Notes under the pieces: model-generated
What the model was told of the DNA's origin: nothing
The model's input: only the letters and a program-made list of their open reading frames with translations
Database searches by the model: none
Position numbers and translations under genes: made by a program
Origin: Escherichia coli
GTDB lineage: Bacteria > Pseudomonadota > Gammaproteobacteria > Enterobacterales > Enterobacteriaceae
Length of the DNA: 64,000 nt
Assembly: GCF_050920415.1 (NCBI RefSeq)
Contig: NZ_CP169309.1
Direction: 5' to 3' (one strand)
Part shown: piece by piece, positions 49,633 to 60,175 of the stretch
Numbering within the stretch: the first letter of the stretch is position 1
Layout: every line of letters starts with the position of its first letter

Positions 49633-51026
49633 GCACAAAATTTTATACCCTGCTGACGGATATTGGCGCGGCGAAACTTGCCAGCGCCGCCGCGCTCGGT
49701 GTGCCGCTAAAAATTACCCATATGGCGGTGGGCGATGGCGGCGGAACATTGCCAACGCCGGACGCCAAGCAGACAGCATTGGTAAATGAGAAACGCCGGG
49801 CTGCGCTGAATATGCTCTATATCGACCCGCAGAACAGCAGCCAGATTATTGCTGAACAGGTGATCCCTGAAAACGAGGGCGGTTGGTGGATACGTGAAGT
49901 GGGCCTGTTTGATGAGTCCGGGGCATTGATTGCCGTGGGCAACTGCCCGGAAAGCTATAAGCCGCAACTGGCTGAAGGCAGCGGGCGTACCCAGACCGTG
50001 CGCATGGTGCTGATTACCAGCAGCACGGACAATATCACCCTGAAAATCGACCCTGCCGTAGTGCTGGCAACCCGCAAGTATGTGGATGACAAGGTACTGG
50101 AGCTGAAGGTGTACGTGGATGATCAGATGGCAAAACATCTTGCCGCACCGGACCCGCATTCACAGTATGCACCCAAAGAAAGTCCGACGTTTACCGGGAC
50201 ACCAAAAGCGCCAACTCCAGCGGCAGGGAATAACACCACGCAGGTTGCGACCACCGCGTTTGTTCAGGCGGCACTGACGGCTCTTATTAATGGTGCGCCA
50301 GCCACGCTGGACACGCTGAAAGAAATAGCCGCAGCCATTAACAATGATCCGAATTTCAGTACCACCATTAACAATGCGCTGGCACTGAAAGCGCCGTTGT
50401 CGAGTCCGGCACTCACCGGAACGCCAACAGCCCCCACTGCTGCACAGTCGGTCAACAATACACAGATTGCCACCACGGCTTTTGTGAAATCGGCGATTGC
50501 AGCAATGGTAGGTTCTGCACCTGCGGCACTGGATACACTGAACGAACTGGCGTCGGCGTTGGGGAATGATCCGAACTTTGCCACGACAATGCTTAATGCG
50601 CTGGCAGGTAAACAACCGCTGGACAATACGCTGACTAATTTGAGTGGAAAGGATGTCGCTGGTCTTCTCGCATACCTTGGTTTGGGGGAATTGGCTCTGG
50701 CTGGCGCAACAACCGGCGCTATGTTGGTGAATGGGTATGTAGCAATTCCATTAATTATTTCTGGCGTTCGGAGACCACTTATTATCCAGTGGGGAGTGGG
50801 GCAGTTTGGGGGAAGTCTGGGGGATGATGCGGGATATTTAAACAATTTCCCTTTCGCTTTTCCGTCGGCGTGCTACGTGATGGTTGCCAGCCACGTGGGG
50901 CATACACCTTCGGGTGCCGGAATACTATCTGCTTCCGCAATCACAAAAAGCGGCTTTCGTGGTTTTTCCAGCGTAGTGACTGCCGCAAATCCTGTATCGG
51001 GCTGTTATGTTGCTATAGGAGGGTGA
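49629..51026 (+). CDS. H: Tail fibre protein (gpH-like), C-terminal part encoded within invertible segment
   Basis: 465-aa ORF; conserved N-terminal tail-fibre region, crossover site at 50665-50690 inside the gene. Confidence 0.85.
   Translation: MSTKFYTLLTDIGAAKLASAAALGVPLKITHMAVGDGGGTLPTPDAKQTALVNEKRRAALNMLYIDPQNSSQIIAEQVIPENEGGWWIREVGLFDESGALIAVGNCPESYKPQLAEGSGRTQTVRMVLITSSTDNITLKIDPAVVLATRKYVDDKVLELKVYVDDQMAKHLAAPDPHSQYAPKESPTFTGTPKAPTPAAGNNTTQVATTAFVQAALTALINGAPATLDTLKEIAAAINNDPNFSTTINNALALKAPLSSPALTGTPTAPTAAQSVNNTQIATTAFVKSAIAAMVGSAPAALDTLNELASALGNDPNFATTMLNALAGKQPLDNTLTNLSGKDVAGLLAYLGLGELALAGATTGAMLVNGYVAIPLIISGVRRPLIIQWGVGQFGGSLGDDAGYLNNFPFAFPSACYVMVASHVGHTPSGAGILSASAITKSGFRGFSSVVTAANPVSGCYVAIGG
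50665..50690. promoter_or_regulatory. Left recombination site of invertible segment (gix/pix-like)
   Basis: TTCTCGCATACCTTGGTTTGGGGGAA matches the reverse complement of the right site in about 20 of 26 positions. Confidence 0.55.
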
Positions 51027-51027
51027 T

Positions 51028-51462
51028 GTGTTTTTTAGTCCATCTTTAAATATTTTTGTGAATCCTGCGCTTAAGGATGACTACATCAATGTAAATTCAT
51101 GGCCAGATGATGCTGTTGAAGTTGATGAGCAGGTGTATATTGAGTTTTCCGGATTACCGCCGAAAGGAAAAATCCGTATCGCTGGGGAAAATGGTTTTCC
51201 TGCATGGTCTGAAATTCCACCACCAACGCATGAGGAACAGATTGCCGCAGCCGAATTGAAAAAACAGCAATTGATTAATCAGTCCAACGAATATATGAAT
51301 ACCAAGCAATGGCCTGGTAAAGCGGCTATTGGTCGTCTGAAAGGTGAGGAACTGGCGCAATATAATTTGTGGCTGGATTATCTGGACGCACTGGAACTGG
51401 TTGATACCTCCAGTGCTCCAGATATTGAATGGCCTACGCCTCCGGCAGTTCAGGCCAGATGA
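51028..51462 (+). CDS. G: Tail fibre assembly chaperone (gpG/U-like), current orientation
   Basis: 144-aa ORF directly after H. Confidence 0.7.
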   Translation: MFFSPSLNIFVNPALKDDYINVNSWPDDAVEVDEQVYIEFSGLPPKGKIRIAGENGFPAWSEIPPPTHEEQIAAAELKKQQLINQSNEYMNTKQWPGKAAIGRLKGEELAQYNLWLDYLDALELVDTSSAPDIEWPTPPAVQAR

Positions 51463-52027
51463 CATCCGGCGCGGTGCTCGTATCTGTTGCCGTCACCGCG
51501 TCAATGTAATCAAGCACGGCGTTAAGCCGGGTGGTTTCTGCCTGCGTCAGCTTCCGCCCGGCCTGTAATTTCAGCTGAATCAGACTGATGGAAGCCATTG
51601 CAGCATCAATCAGTGACTGGCGCTGTGCTTCTGCCGCTTCTACTGCGGCACCGTGTTGTGCCTCAGTATCTGTCACCCATTTCTCACCATCCCATTTATC
51701 GTATGGCGTTAACGGTGAAAGCGTGACATAACCGTCTTTGATGGCACCGATATAATCCACTGTAACAGCAGCACCATTTTCGATTGAGTAAACAGTCTCA
51801 TTGCGATGGTCTTCTTCATGGCTCCATCCCTTACCTGTAAATACTGCCACTCTTCCCGGAATGTTTTCGCCAGGGTCAATACCAGTTGAACAGGCGGGCA
51901 TACTTACGCCAGTATTAATATATTCATCAGACCAGCCCGTATACTCAGATGTTTCAGCATCATAATAAAAACAACGCATATCACCCGGCACTGTAGCCAG
52001 CCCATTTTCATCAAAAACAGGTTTCAT
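51434..52027 (-). CDS. Alternative tail fibre assembly chaperone (inverted-orientation copy)
   Basis: 197-aa minus-strand ORF inside the invertible segment, downstream of the alternative fibre tip. Confidence 0.65.
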   Translation of the reverse strand: MKPVFDENGLATVPGDMRCFYYDAETSEYTGWSDEYINTGVSMPACSTGIDPGENIPGRVAVFTGKGWSHEEDHRNETVYSIENGAAVTVDYIGAIKDGYVTLSPLTPYDKWDGEKWVTDTEAQHGAAVEAAEAQRQSLIDAAMASISLIQLKLQAGRKLTQAETTRLNAVLDYIDAVTATDTSTAPDVIWPELPEA

Positions 52028-52533
52028 TATGCAGCCCTCACAATATAATTAAAGGCGATGTTACGTGGACGGTTTTCATTAGCTGTTGGCACGACACGAG
52101 AGGCGTCGAATCCAAGGTCATCGGTTTTGTCTATAGTAGTTGTGTTATTCGGCATTCTCGCTGATCGTGTTCCTGCATCGTAAAAAGCCCCTCTGATTGC
52201 ATCAAAAGACATACCGATCCCGCCATCTGCGAATCCCTCAATATTTCTTATTGCATCCCCCTGTGAAGATAATAATTGTCGCCCGGCATCCACTCCACGT
52301 CCGTCATCCCAGCCACGAATAAATTCACCGCGTAAATCAGGCAATTTATTTTTCGGATAAACCTTTGCCAGTTCCGGGTATTCTTCAGCAGAAAAAGCCG
52401 CACCGTTGCATTTCAGCCAGCCAGTAGGCGGTGTGGCTGAAGGCCACGGAACAGGCACACCAACGGGTAATGCTGAACCTTCTCCCAAACCAACGTTTAT
52501 GAAAATGCAGAGATAACGGCTAACTGGCATCAT
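52027..52533 (-). CDS. Alternative tail fibre C-terminal segment (expressed only after inversion)
   Basis: 168-aa minus-strand ORF that reads through the right crossover site; would fuse to the constant part of H after inversion. Confidence 0.6.
   Translation of the reverse strand: MMPVSRYLCIFINVGLGEGSALPVGVPVPWPSATPPTGWLKCNGAAFSAEEYPELAKVYPKNKLPDLRGEFIRGWDDGRGVDAGRQLLSSQGDAIRNIEGFADGGIGMSFDAIRGAFYDAGTRSARMPNNTTTIDKTDDLGFDASRVVPTANENRPRNIAFNYIVRAA
52480..52505. promoter_or_regulatory. Right recombination site of invertible segment (gix/pix-like)
   Basis: TTCTCCCAAACCAACGTTTATGAAAA, inverted relative to the left site. Confidence 0.55.
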
Positions 52534-52560
52534 CTCCGGTTTTTATTCAGGGGGATGATC

Positions 52561-53127
52561 ATGCTTATTGGCTATGTACGCGTGTCAACAAATGACCAGA
52601 ACACCGATTTGCAACGTAATGCACTGAACTGCGCGGGATGTGAGCGGATTTTTGAGGATAAAATCAGTGGCACTAAGTCCGACAGACCGGGGCTGAAAAA
52701 GCTGCTCAGGACACTATCGGCAGGAGACACGCTGGTTGTCTGGAAGCTGGACAGGTTGGGGCGCAGTATGCGGCATCTTGTTACGCTGATAGAGGAGTTG
52801 CGCCAGCGTGGTGTGAATTTCCGAAGCCTGACTGACAGTATTGATACCAGTACCCCAATGGGCCGTTTCTTTTTTCATGTCATGGGTGCCCTGGCTGAAA
52901 TGGAACGCGAACTGATAGTTGAACGTACCAGGGCAGGGCTGGCTGCAGCTCGTGCCAAAGGCAGAGTAGGTGGACGCCGTCCTAAGTTGACCACCGAACA
53001 GTGGGCACAGATTGGGCGTTTACTCGAGGCCGGAGAATCAAGACAGCGTATTGCACTGATTTTTGATGTGGGTGTTTCCACAATTTATAGAAAATTTCCG
53101 GCAAATAAGAGTAATGAATCCCCCTGA
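52561..53127 (+). CDS. pin: Site-specific DNA invertase (serine recombinase, Pin/Gin/Hin family)
   Basis: MLIGYVRVSTNDQNTDLQRNAL... with catalytic Ser (VRVSTNDQ) and C-terminal HTH; adjacent to invertible segment. Confidence 0.9.
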   Translation: MLIGYVRVSTNDQNTDLQRNALNCAGCERIFEDKISGTKSDRPGLKKLLRTLSAGDTLVVWKLDRLGRSMRHLVTLIEELRQRGVNFRSLTDSIDTSTPMGRFFFHVMGALAEMERELIVERTRAGLAAARAKGRVGGRRPKLTTEQWAQIGRLLEAGESRQRIALIFDVGVSTIYRKFPANKSNESP

Positions 53128-53269
53128 ATCAGCATTATTTTGATTATCCCTGCAAGTAGACAAATACCGTCATTTTGTGTGAATAACGGTACAACTGCGC
53201 TTAGCTGTTTGTCAGGCACAATCACTTCAACATAGGGCGAAGCCTAATCCAATCAGGAGGTTCGCCACT

Positions 53270-54442
53270 ATGGCTCAGGATTACCACCACGGGGTGCGCG
53301 TTGTTGAAGTCAACGAAGGCACCCGATCCATTACCACGGTGAGCACCGCCATCGTGGGCATGGTCTGCACGGGCGATGATGCCGATGCAAAAATGTTTCC
53401 TCTTAACAAACCTGTGCTGATCACTGATGTGCTGACTGCCAGCGGTAAAGCGGGTGAGTCCGGCACGCTGGCCCGTTCGCTGGATGCCATCGCTGACCAG
53501 GCAAAACCCGTGACCGTTGTTGTGCGTGTGCCGCAGGGTGAAACGGAAGAAGAAACCACGACCAATATCATCGGCGCAGTGACTGCTGAAGGTAAAAAAA
53601 CAGGCATGAAAGCTCTGTTATCTGCCCAGTCACAGCTCGGCGTTAAACCGCGCATTCTCGGCGTGCCAGGTCACGATAACAAAGCCGTTGCGACTGAGTT
53701 GCTGAGCGTGGCGCAAAGCCTGCGTGGGTTTGCTTACCTGTCAGCGTATGGCTGCAAGACGGTACAGGAGGCGATCACTTACCGTGAAAACTTCAGCCAG
53801 CGCGAAGGAATGCTGATCTGGCCCGACTTTACTGGCTGGGACACGGTGCTGAATGCCGAAGCAACGGCATATGCCACCGCCCGTGCACTTGGTCTGCGTG
53901 CCAAAATTGATGAGCAGACCGGGTGGCACAAAAGCCTGTCCAACGTGGGCGTGAACGGTGTCACCGGAATTTCTGCAGATGTGTTCTGGGATCTGCAGGA
54001 CCCGGCAACCGATGCAGGTCTGCTGAACCAGAACGACGTCACCACGCTTGTGCGTAAAGACGGTTTCCGCTTCTGGGGTTCCCGCTGTCTGAGCGATGAT
54101 CCGCTTTTTGCCTTCGAAAACTACACCCGCACGGCGCAGGTGCTGACGGACACAATGGCAGAAGCACACATGTGGGCGGTGGATAAACCGCTTAACCCGT
54201 CGCTGGCCCGCGACATTATCGAAGGTATCCGCGCCAAAATACGCAGCCTGGTCAGTCAGGGCTATCTCATTGGTGGTGATTGCTGGCTGGATGAGTCGGT
54301 GAACGACAAAGACACGCTGAAAGCCGGAAAACTCACCATCGACTATGACTACACGCCAGTGCCGCCACTTGAAAATCTGATGCTGCGCCAGCGCATCACC
54401 GATCAGTACCTGGTGAATTTCGCCAGCCAGGTCAGCGCGTAA
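53270..54442 (+). CDS. FI: Contractile tail sheath protein (P2 gpFI-like)
   Basis: 390-aa [38 protein letters not shown]... Confidence 0.9.
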   Translation: MAQDYHHGVRVVEVNEGTRSITTVSTAIVGMVCTGDDADAKMFPLNKPVLITDVLTASGKAGESGTLARSLDAIADQAKPVTVVVRVPQGETEEETTTNIIGAVTAEGKKTGMKALLSAQSQLGVKPRILGVPGHDNKAVATELLSVAQSLRGFAYLSAYGCKTVQEAITYRENFSQREGMLIWPDFTGWDTVLNAEATAYATARALGLRAKIDEQTGWHKSLSNVGVNGVTGISADVFWDLQDPATDAGLLNQNDVTTLVRKDGFRFWGSRCLSDDPLFAFENYTRTAQVLTDTMAEAHMWAVDKPLNPSLARDIIEGIRAKIRSLVSQGYLIGGDCWLDESVNDKDTLKAGKLTIDYDYTPVPPLENLMLRQRITDQYLVNFASQVSA

Positions 54443-54451
54443 GGGGACAAC

Positions 54452-54967
54452 ATGGCTTTACCACGCAAATTAAAACATCTGAACCTGTTTAACGACGGGA
54501 ACAACTGGCAGGGGATCGTTGAGTCGCTGACGCTGCCGAAATTCACCCGCAAATATGAGAAGTATCGCGGCGGCGGAATGCCGGGTGCAGTGGATGTGGA
54601 TCTGGGGCTTGATGACAGTGCGCTGGACACAGAATTTTCCATTGGTGGTACTGAACTGCTGCTGTTTAAGCAGATGGGCAAAGCCACGGTAGATGGCATT
54701 CAGCTGCGCTTTACCGGCTCTATCCAGCGTGACGATACCGGGGAAGTGCAGGCCGTGGAGCTTGTGGTGCGTGGACGTCACAAAGAAGTGGATTCCGGCG
54801 AGTGGAAGACGGGCGAAAGCAACACCACCAAAGTGACCAGTACCAACAGCTACGCGAAGCTGACCATCAATGGTGAGGTGCTCTATGAAGTGGACCTTAT
54901 CAACATGGTGGAAATTGTGGACGGTGTGGACCTGATGGAAGCGCACCGCAACGCCCTCGGCCTCTGA
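54452..54967 (+). CDS. FII: Tail tube protein (P2 gpFII-like)
   Basis: 171-aa ORF after sheath gene. Confidence 0.9.
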   Translation: MALPRKLKHLNLFNDGNNWQGIVESLTLPKFTRKYEKYRGGGMPGAVDVDLGLDDSALDTEFSIGGTELLLFKQMGKATVDGIQLRFTGSIQRDDTGEVQAVELVVRGRHKEVDSGEWKTGESNTTKVTSTNSYAKLTINGEVLYEVDLINMVEIVDGVDLMEAHRNALGL

Positions 54968-55021
54968 TGTATCTGAACGGCGCGGGATACCGCGCCAGAA
55001 CCCAATTTACAGGACAGCAAA

Positions 55022-55324
55022 ATGAGCGATAAGCAGACTGAAAAGACTATTCAACTGGATACCCCCATCAAGCGCGGTAAAACAGAAATCACCGAAATTG
55101 TGCTGCGTAAACCGCAGTCCGGTGCGCTGCGCGGTACACGCCTGCAGGCCATTATGGATATGGATGTGAACGCGATGATGACCGTGATCCCCCGTATCTC
55201 CAGTCCGGCACTGACTGCACAGGAAATTGCAGAGATGGACCCGGCAGATCTCACTGCCATGTCGGTTGAGGTTGTCACTTTTTTGTTGAAGAAGTCGGTG
55301 CTTGCCGGTTTACCGACAGCCTGA
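55022..55324 (+). CDS. E: Tail assembly chaperone gpE (zero-frame product)
   Basis: 100-aa ORF upstream of tape measure; contains slippery site near 3' end. Confidence 0.8.
   Translation: MSDKQTEKTIQLDTPIKRGKTEITEIVLRKPQSGALRGTRLQAIMDMDVNAMMTVIPRISSPALTAQEIAEMDPADLTAMSVEVVTFLLKKSVLAGLPTA
55279..55285 (+). promoter_or_regulatory. Programmed -1 ribosomal frameshift slippery heptamer T_TTT_TTG (gpE to gpE+E')
   Basis: TTTTTTG in phase with the E frame; the -1 frame stays open to a TGA at 55456-55458, giving an E+E' product spanning 55022..55458. Confidence 0.6.
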
Positions 55325-55450
55325 CGGTTGACGATCTGGTGGCTGATATCGCCACCATCTTTCACTGGCCGCCATCCGTTACTGACGTTATGCCGCTGAC
55401 CGAAGTGCTGGAATGGCGGTATAAAGCGATTCAGAGAAGCGGGGCCAACG

Positions 55451-58400
55451 ATGAGTGATAACAACCTGCGGCTGCAGGTCATTCTTAATGCGGTTGACAA
55501 ACTCACCCGCCCATTCCGTGTTGCACAGGCCAGTTCGAAAGAGCTGGCTGGCGCAATTCAGAATACCCGAAACAGCCTCAAAGAACTGAATAAGCAGGCT
55601 GGCAGAATTGATGAATTTCGCAAGACGCGCTCGCAACTAGCCATAACAGCCAACAACCTGAACGCAGCCCGCGAAGAGGCGGCAAAACTCGCCACACAAT
55701 TTGCTGCCACTAACAGGCCAACCGCCGCGCAGGCAAAGTTATTCAGTCAGGCCAAAACACGAGTACAGGAACTTCAGCAGACCTATAACGGCTTGTTGGG
55801 GGCGGTCCAGAGACAACGTCAGGCACTTAAAGAATCAGGGATTGATACCAGACAACTCAGTAGTGCCCAGCGAGAACTTAAGAAAAATGCTGAAGAAACA
55901 AGGCAGGCACTGGAGGGCCAGCAAAAAGCACTTAAACGTCTGGGTGAACAACAGTCACGGATGAACGCTGCCAGAGAACAATACTCAAGACGGCTTGAAG
56001 TGCGCGATCGCATCGCAGGAGCCGGAGCCACTACCACGGCTGCAGGGCTGGCAATGGGTGCGCCAGTGATGGCAGCAGTAAAAAGCTATACCAGCATGGA
56101 AGATGCCATGAAAGGTGTGGCAAAGCAGGTCAATGGTCTGCGTGATGATAATGGCAACCGCACTGCGCGTTTTTACGAAATGCAGGATGCCATCAAGGCT
56201 GCCAGCGAACAGTTGCCGATGGAAAACGGTGCTGTGGACTTTGCCGCACTGGTTGAAGGTGGTGCGCGCATGAACGTCGCAAATCCTGACGACAGCTGGG
56301 AAGACCAGAAACGTGACCTGCTGGCCTTCGCCAGCACGGCAGCAAAGGCGGCAACAGCCTTTGAGCTGCCAGCGGATGAACTGTCAGAAAGTCTGGGGAA
56401 AATCGCCCAGCTCTACAAAATCCCTACCCGCAATATTGAACAGCTCGGTGATGCGCTGAACTATCTGGATGATAACGCCATGTCGAAAGGGTCAGACATC
56501 ATTGATGTCATGCAACGCCTGGGCGGTGTGGCAGATCGTCTGGATTATCGTAAAGCGGCGGCGCTGGGTTCCACCTTCCTGACACTGGGCGCTGCGCCGG
56601 AGGTTGCTGCCAGTGCAGCAAACGCGATGGTGCGTGAATTGTCCATTGCCACCATGCAAAGTAAGAGTTTCTTTGAAGGGATGAATCTGCTGAAACTCAA
56701 TCCTGAAGTGATTGAAAAGCAGATGACGAAGGATGCGATGGGAACTATCCAGCGTGTGCTGGAGAAGGTGAACGCACTGCCGCAGGACAAGCGTCTGTCT
56801 GCCATGACCATGTTGTTTGGTAAAGAGTTTGGTGATGATGCAGCGAAACTGGCAAACAACCTTCCGGAACTGCAGCGCCAGCTAAAACTGACAGCGGGCA
56901 ATGATGCGCTCGGTTCCATGCAGAAAGAATCCGACATCAACAAAGACTCACTTTCCGCTCAGTGGTTGCTGGTCAAAACCGGAGCGCAGAACACCTTCAG
57001 CAGCCTGGGCGAAACGCTGCGCCAGCCGCTGATGGATATTCTGTACACGGTGAAAAGCATCACGGGGGCGTTGCGCCGCTGGGTGGAAGCTAACCCGGAA
57101 CTGACAGGCACACTGATGAAAGTAGCGGCTGTTGTGGCTGCGGTTACCGTAGGCCTCGGCACCTTAGCGGTGGCGCTGGCTGCAGTGCTGGGGCCGCTGG
57201 CAGTCATCCGTCTGGGATTCTCTGTGCTGGGTATCAAAACGTTACCTTCCGTTACGGCAGCAGTAACACGAACCAGCAGCGCGTTGTCCTGGTTAGCTGG
57301 CGCTCCACTGGCACTGCTGCGACGCGGGCTTGCTTCATCGGGCAACGCAGCGGGTTTACTTACTGCGCCGTTGTCGTCTTTGCGCCGCACCGCATCACTG
57401 ACGGGGAATGTCCTGAAAACTGTAGCAGGTGTGCCGGTTGCACTGTTGCGGTCTGGATTATCCGGTTTACGTGCGGTTGCTGTGATGTTTATGAATCCAC
57501 TGGCAGCACTACGCGGTGGACTGGCTGCCGCAGGCGCGGTGCTGCGTGTGCTGGCATCCGATCCGCTGGCGATGCTGCGCGTTGCCCTGTATGCCGTATC
57601 TGGTCTGTTAGGTGCTCTGCTCAGTCCGATAGGTCTTGTGGTTACTGCACTGGCGGGCGTGGCGCTGGTTGTCTGGAAATACTGGCAACCCATCACCGCA
57701 TTTCTCGGTGGCGTGGTGGAAGGATTCAAAGCGGCGGCAGGTCCCATCAGTGCTGCATTCGAACCGCTTAAGCCCGTGTTCCAGTGGATTGGCGACAAAG
57801 TACAGGCGTTGTGGGGCTGGTTTACTGATCTGCTGACGCCTGTTAAGTCGACCTCTGCCGAACTGCAGAGCGCAGCGGCAATGGGGCGACGATTCGGGGA
57901 GGCACTGGCGGAAGGGCTGAATATGGTCATGCATCCGTTGGACTCCCTGAAATCCGGCGTTTCCTGGTTGCTGGAGAAACTCGGTATTGTCAGTAAAGAG
58001 GCTGCAAAGGCGAAACTGCCGGAAAGCGTGACGCGTCAGCAACCTGCGACGGTGAATGCAGACGGTAAAGTGATGATGCCATCGGGTGGTTTTCCGTCAT
58101 GGGGATATGGCTTTGCGGGGATGTATGACAGCGGCGGCTATATCCCGCGCGGGCAGTTCGGCATTGTCGGTGAAAACGGGCCTGAAATTGTCAACGGTCC
58201 GGCAAACGTGACCAGTCGGAGAAATACAGCTGCACTGGCTGCCGTTGTTGCCGGAATGATGGGCGTTGCTGCCGCGCCTGCAGAGCTTCCGCCGTTACAT
58301 CCTTTGGCACTTCCCGCGAAAGGCGGCGAAGCGATGGTGAGTCGTGCAGCCACTGTGCCGCCCGCTCAACGGATTGAGGCACCGACGCAGATCATCATCC

Positions 58401-58528
58401 AGACGCAGCCAGGACAAAGTGCGCAGGATATTGCGCGGGAGGTGGCACGCCAGCTTGATGAACGTGAACGCAGGCTGAAGGCAAAAGCCAGGAGTAACTA
58501 CAGCGATCAGGGGGGATACGACGCATGA
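55451..58528 (+). CDS. T: Tail tape measure protein (P2 gpT-like)
   Basis: 1025-aa ORF with long coiled-coil N-terminal region and hydrophobic central segment. Confidence 0.9.
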   Translation: MSDNNLRLQVILNAVDKLTRPFRVAQASSKELAGAIQNTRNSLKELNKQAGRIDEFRKTRSQLAITANNLNAAREEAAKLATQFAATNRPTAAQAKLFSQAKTRVQELQQTYNGLLGAVQRQRQALKESGIDTRQLSSAQRELKKNAEETRQALEGQQKALKRLGEQQSRMNAAREQYSRRLEVRDRIAGAGATTTAAGLAMGAPVMAAVKSYTSMEDAMKGVAKQVNGLRDDNGNRTARFYEMQDAIKAASEQLPMENGAVDFAALVEGGARMNVANPDDSWEDQKRDLLAFASTAAKAATAFELPADELSESLGKIAQLYKIPTRNIEQLGDALNYLDDNAMSKGSDIIDVMQRLGGVADRLDYRKAAALGSTFLTLGAAPEVAASAANAMVRELSIATMQSKSFFEGMNLLKLNPEVIEKQMTKDAMGTIQRVLEKVNALPQDKRLSAMTMLFGKEFGDDAAKLANNLPELQRQLKLTAGNDALGSMQKESDINKDSLSAQWLLVKTGAQNTFSSLGETLRQPLMDILYTVKSITGALRRWVEANPELTGTLMKVAAVVAAVTVGLGTLAVALAAVLGPLAVIRLGFSVLGIKTLPSVTAAVTRTSSALSWLAGAPLALLRRGLASSGNAAGLLTAPLSSLRRTASLTGNVLKTVAGVPVALLRSGLSGLRAVAVMFMNPLAALRGGLAAAGAVLRVLASDPLAMLRVALYAVSGLLGALLSPIGLVVTALAGVALVVWKYWQPITAFLGGVVEGFKAAAGPISAAFEPLKPVFQWIGDKVQALWGWFTDLLTPVKSTSAELQSAAAMGRRFGEALAEGLNMVMHPLDSLKSGVSWLLEKLGIVSKEAAKAKLPESVTRQQPATVNADGKVMMPSGGFPSWGYGFAGMYDSGGYIPRGQFGIVGENGPEIVNGPANVTSRRNTAALAAVVAGMMGVAAAPAELPPLHPLALPAKGGEAMVSRAATVPPAQRIEAPTQIIIQTQPGQSAQDIAREVARQLDERERRLKAKARSNYSDQGGYDA

Positions 58529-59010
58529 TGATGGTGCTGGGATTGTACGTGTTTATGCTGCGCACTGTGCCGTATCAGGAACTGCAGTATCAACGCAGCT
58601 GGCGACATGCGGCAAACAGCCGGGTCAACCGACGTCCGTCCACGCAGTTTCTGGGACCGGACAACGACATGCTGACGCTTTCTGGTGTTCTTATGCCGGA
58701 GATAACAGGCGGCAGGCTGTCGTTGCTGGTACTGGAGCAGATGGCAGAACAGGGGAAAGCATGGCCCCTGATTGAAGGCAGCGGCACGATTTACGGCATG
58801 TATGTGATTGAGGGACTGAATCAGACTAAAACGGAGTTTTTCCGCGACGGTATGCCGCGCCGGATTGAGTTCACCCTGTCGCTCAAACGGGTGGATGAAT
58901 CCCTGTCCGATATGTTCGGTGATCTCAGTGCGCAACTGAATAATCTGCAGGACACGGCAACGTCTGCCTTAAGCGATATCAGTAAAACGGTGGGAGGGCT
59001 GCTGTCGTGA
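58525..59010 (+). CDS. U: Tail protein (P2 gpU-like)
   Basis: 161-aa ORF overlapping T by 4 nt. Confidence 0.85.
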   Translation: MMMVLGLYVFMLRTVPYQELQYQRSWRHAANSRVNRRPSTQFLGPDNDMLTLSGVLMPEITGGRLSLLVLEQMAEQGKAWPLIEGSGTIYGMYVIEGLNQTKTEFFRDGMPRRIEFTLSLKRVDESLSDMFGDLSAQLNNLQDTATSALSDISKTVGGLLS

Positions 59011-60107
59011 ATTTCAGCTCTGAACTGCTTAACAAAGGCAACAAAACTCCCGCATTCAGCATCAGTATTGAGGGCAGGGATATCACCACTGTGCTGGATA
59101 ACCGCCTGATGAGTTTGACGCTGACGGACAATCGGGGCTTTGAAGCAGACCAGCTTGATCTGGAGCTGGACGACGCCGACGGAAAAATCGTGCTGCCGCG
59201 CCGTGGTGCGGTTATTACGCTGGCGCTGGGCTGGAAGGGGCAGCCGCTTTTCCCGAAAGGGGCATTCACGGTGGACGAGATTGAACACACTGGCGCACCG
59301 GACCGCCTGACTATCCGGGCGCGAAGTGCTGATTTTCGTGAAACGCTGAATACCCGCCGTGAAAAGTCGTGGCACAAGACCACCGTTGGGGAAGTGGTGA
59401 AGGAAATAGCTGCACGGCACAAACTGAAGATGGCATTGGGTAAAGACCTGTCAGATAAACCCGTGGAACATATAGACCAGACCAATGAGAGTGACGGCAG
59501 TTTTCTGATGCGACTGGCGCGCCAGTACGGTGCTATTGCGTCGGTGAAAAATGGCAATCTGTTATTCATCCGGCAGGGACAGGGCAAAAGCGCCAGCGGT
59601 AAACCACTGCCGGTGATCACTATCACGCGTAAGGACGGCGACAGTCACCGCTTTACCCTGGCAGATCGCGGAGCCTATACGGGCGTCATTGCCAGCTGGT
59701 TGCATACCCGCGAACCCGCGAAGAAAGAAAGCACCACGGTGAAGCGTAAGCGCAGAACTAAGAAGCAGAAGAAAGAGCCGGAAGCGAAGCAGGGCGATTA
59801 TCTGGTGGGGACGGATGAAAACGTGCTGGTACTTAATCGCACTTATGCCAACCGGAGCAACGCCGAACGAGCGGCGAAAATGCAGTGGGAACGCCTGCAA
59901 CGCGGTGTTGCGTCATTCTCGCTACAACTGGCGGAAGGTCGGGCAGATCTCTACACGGAAATGCCTGTGAAGGTCAGTGGCTTTAAACAGCCAATAGATG
60001 ATGCGGAATGGACCATTACGACTCTGACACATACCGTCAGCCCGGATAACGGTTTTACGACCAGTATTGAACTTGAAGTGAAAATTGGTGATCTTGAAAT
60101 GGAATAA
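59007..60107 (+). CDS. D: Tail protein / late control protein (P2 gpD-like)
   Basis: 366-aa ORF overlapping U by 4 nt. Confidence 0.9.
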   Translation: MNFSSELLNKGNKTPAFSISIEGRDITTVLDNRLMSLTLTDNRGFEADQLDLELDDADGKIVLPRRGAVITLALGWKGQPLFPKGAFTVDEIEHTGAPDRLTIRARSADFRETLNTRREKSWHKTTVGEVVKEIAARHKLKMALGKDLSDKPVEHIDQTNESDGSFLMRLARQYGAIASVKNGNLLFIRQGQGKSASGKPLPVITITRKDGDSHRFTLADRGAYTGVIASWLHTREPAKKESTTVKRKRRTKKQKKEPEAKQGDYLVGTDENVLVLNRTYANRSNAERAAKMQWERLQRGVASFSLQLAEGRADLYTEMPVKVSGFKQPIDDAEWTITTLTHTVSPDNGFTTSIELEVKIGDLEME

Positions 60108-60175
60108 ATGGTTCTCAATATTGGTATTTTGTGTATCATTGCAATGATTCTGATAGCAAAGGTAGGGATCTGGAT

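Noticed and set aside
56959-57930. 323-aa minus-strand ORF inside tape measure gene
   Set aside because: Antisense to gpT; Ala/Pro/Ser/Arg-rich translation without features, no RBS context.
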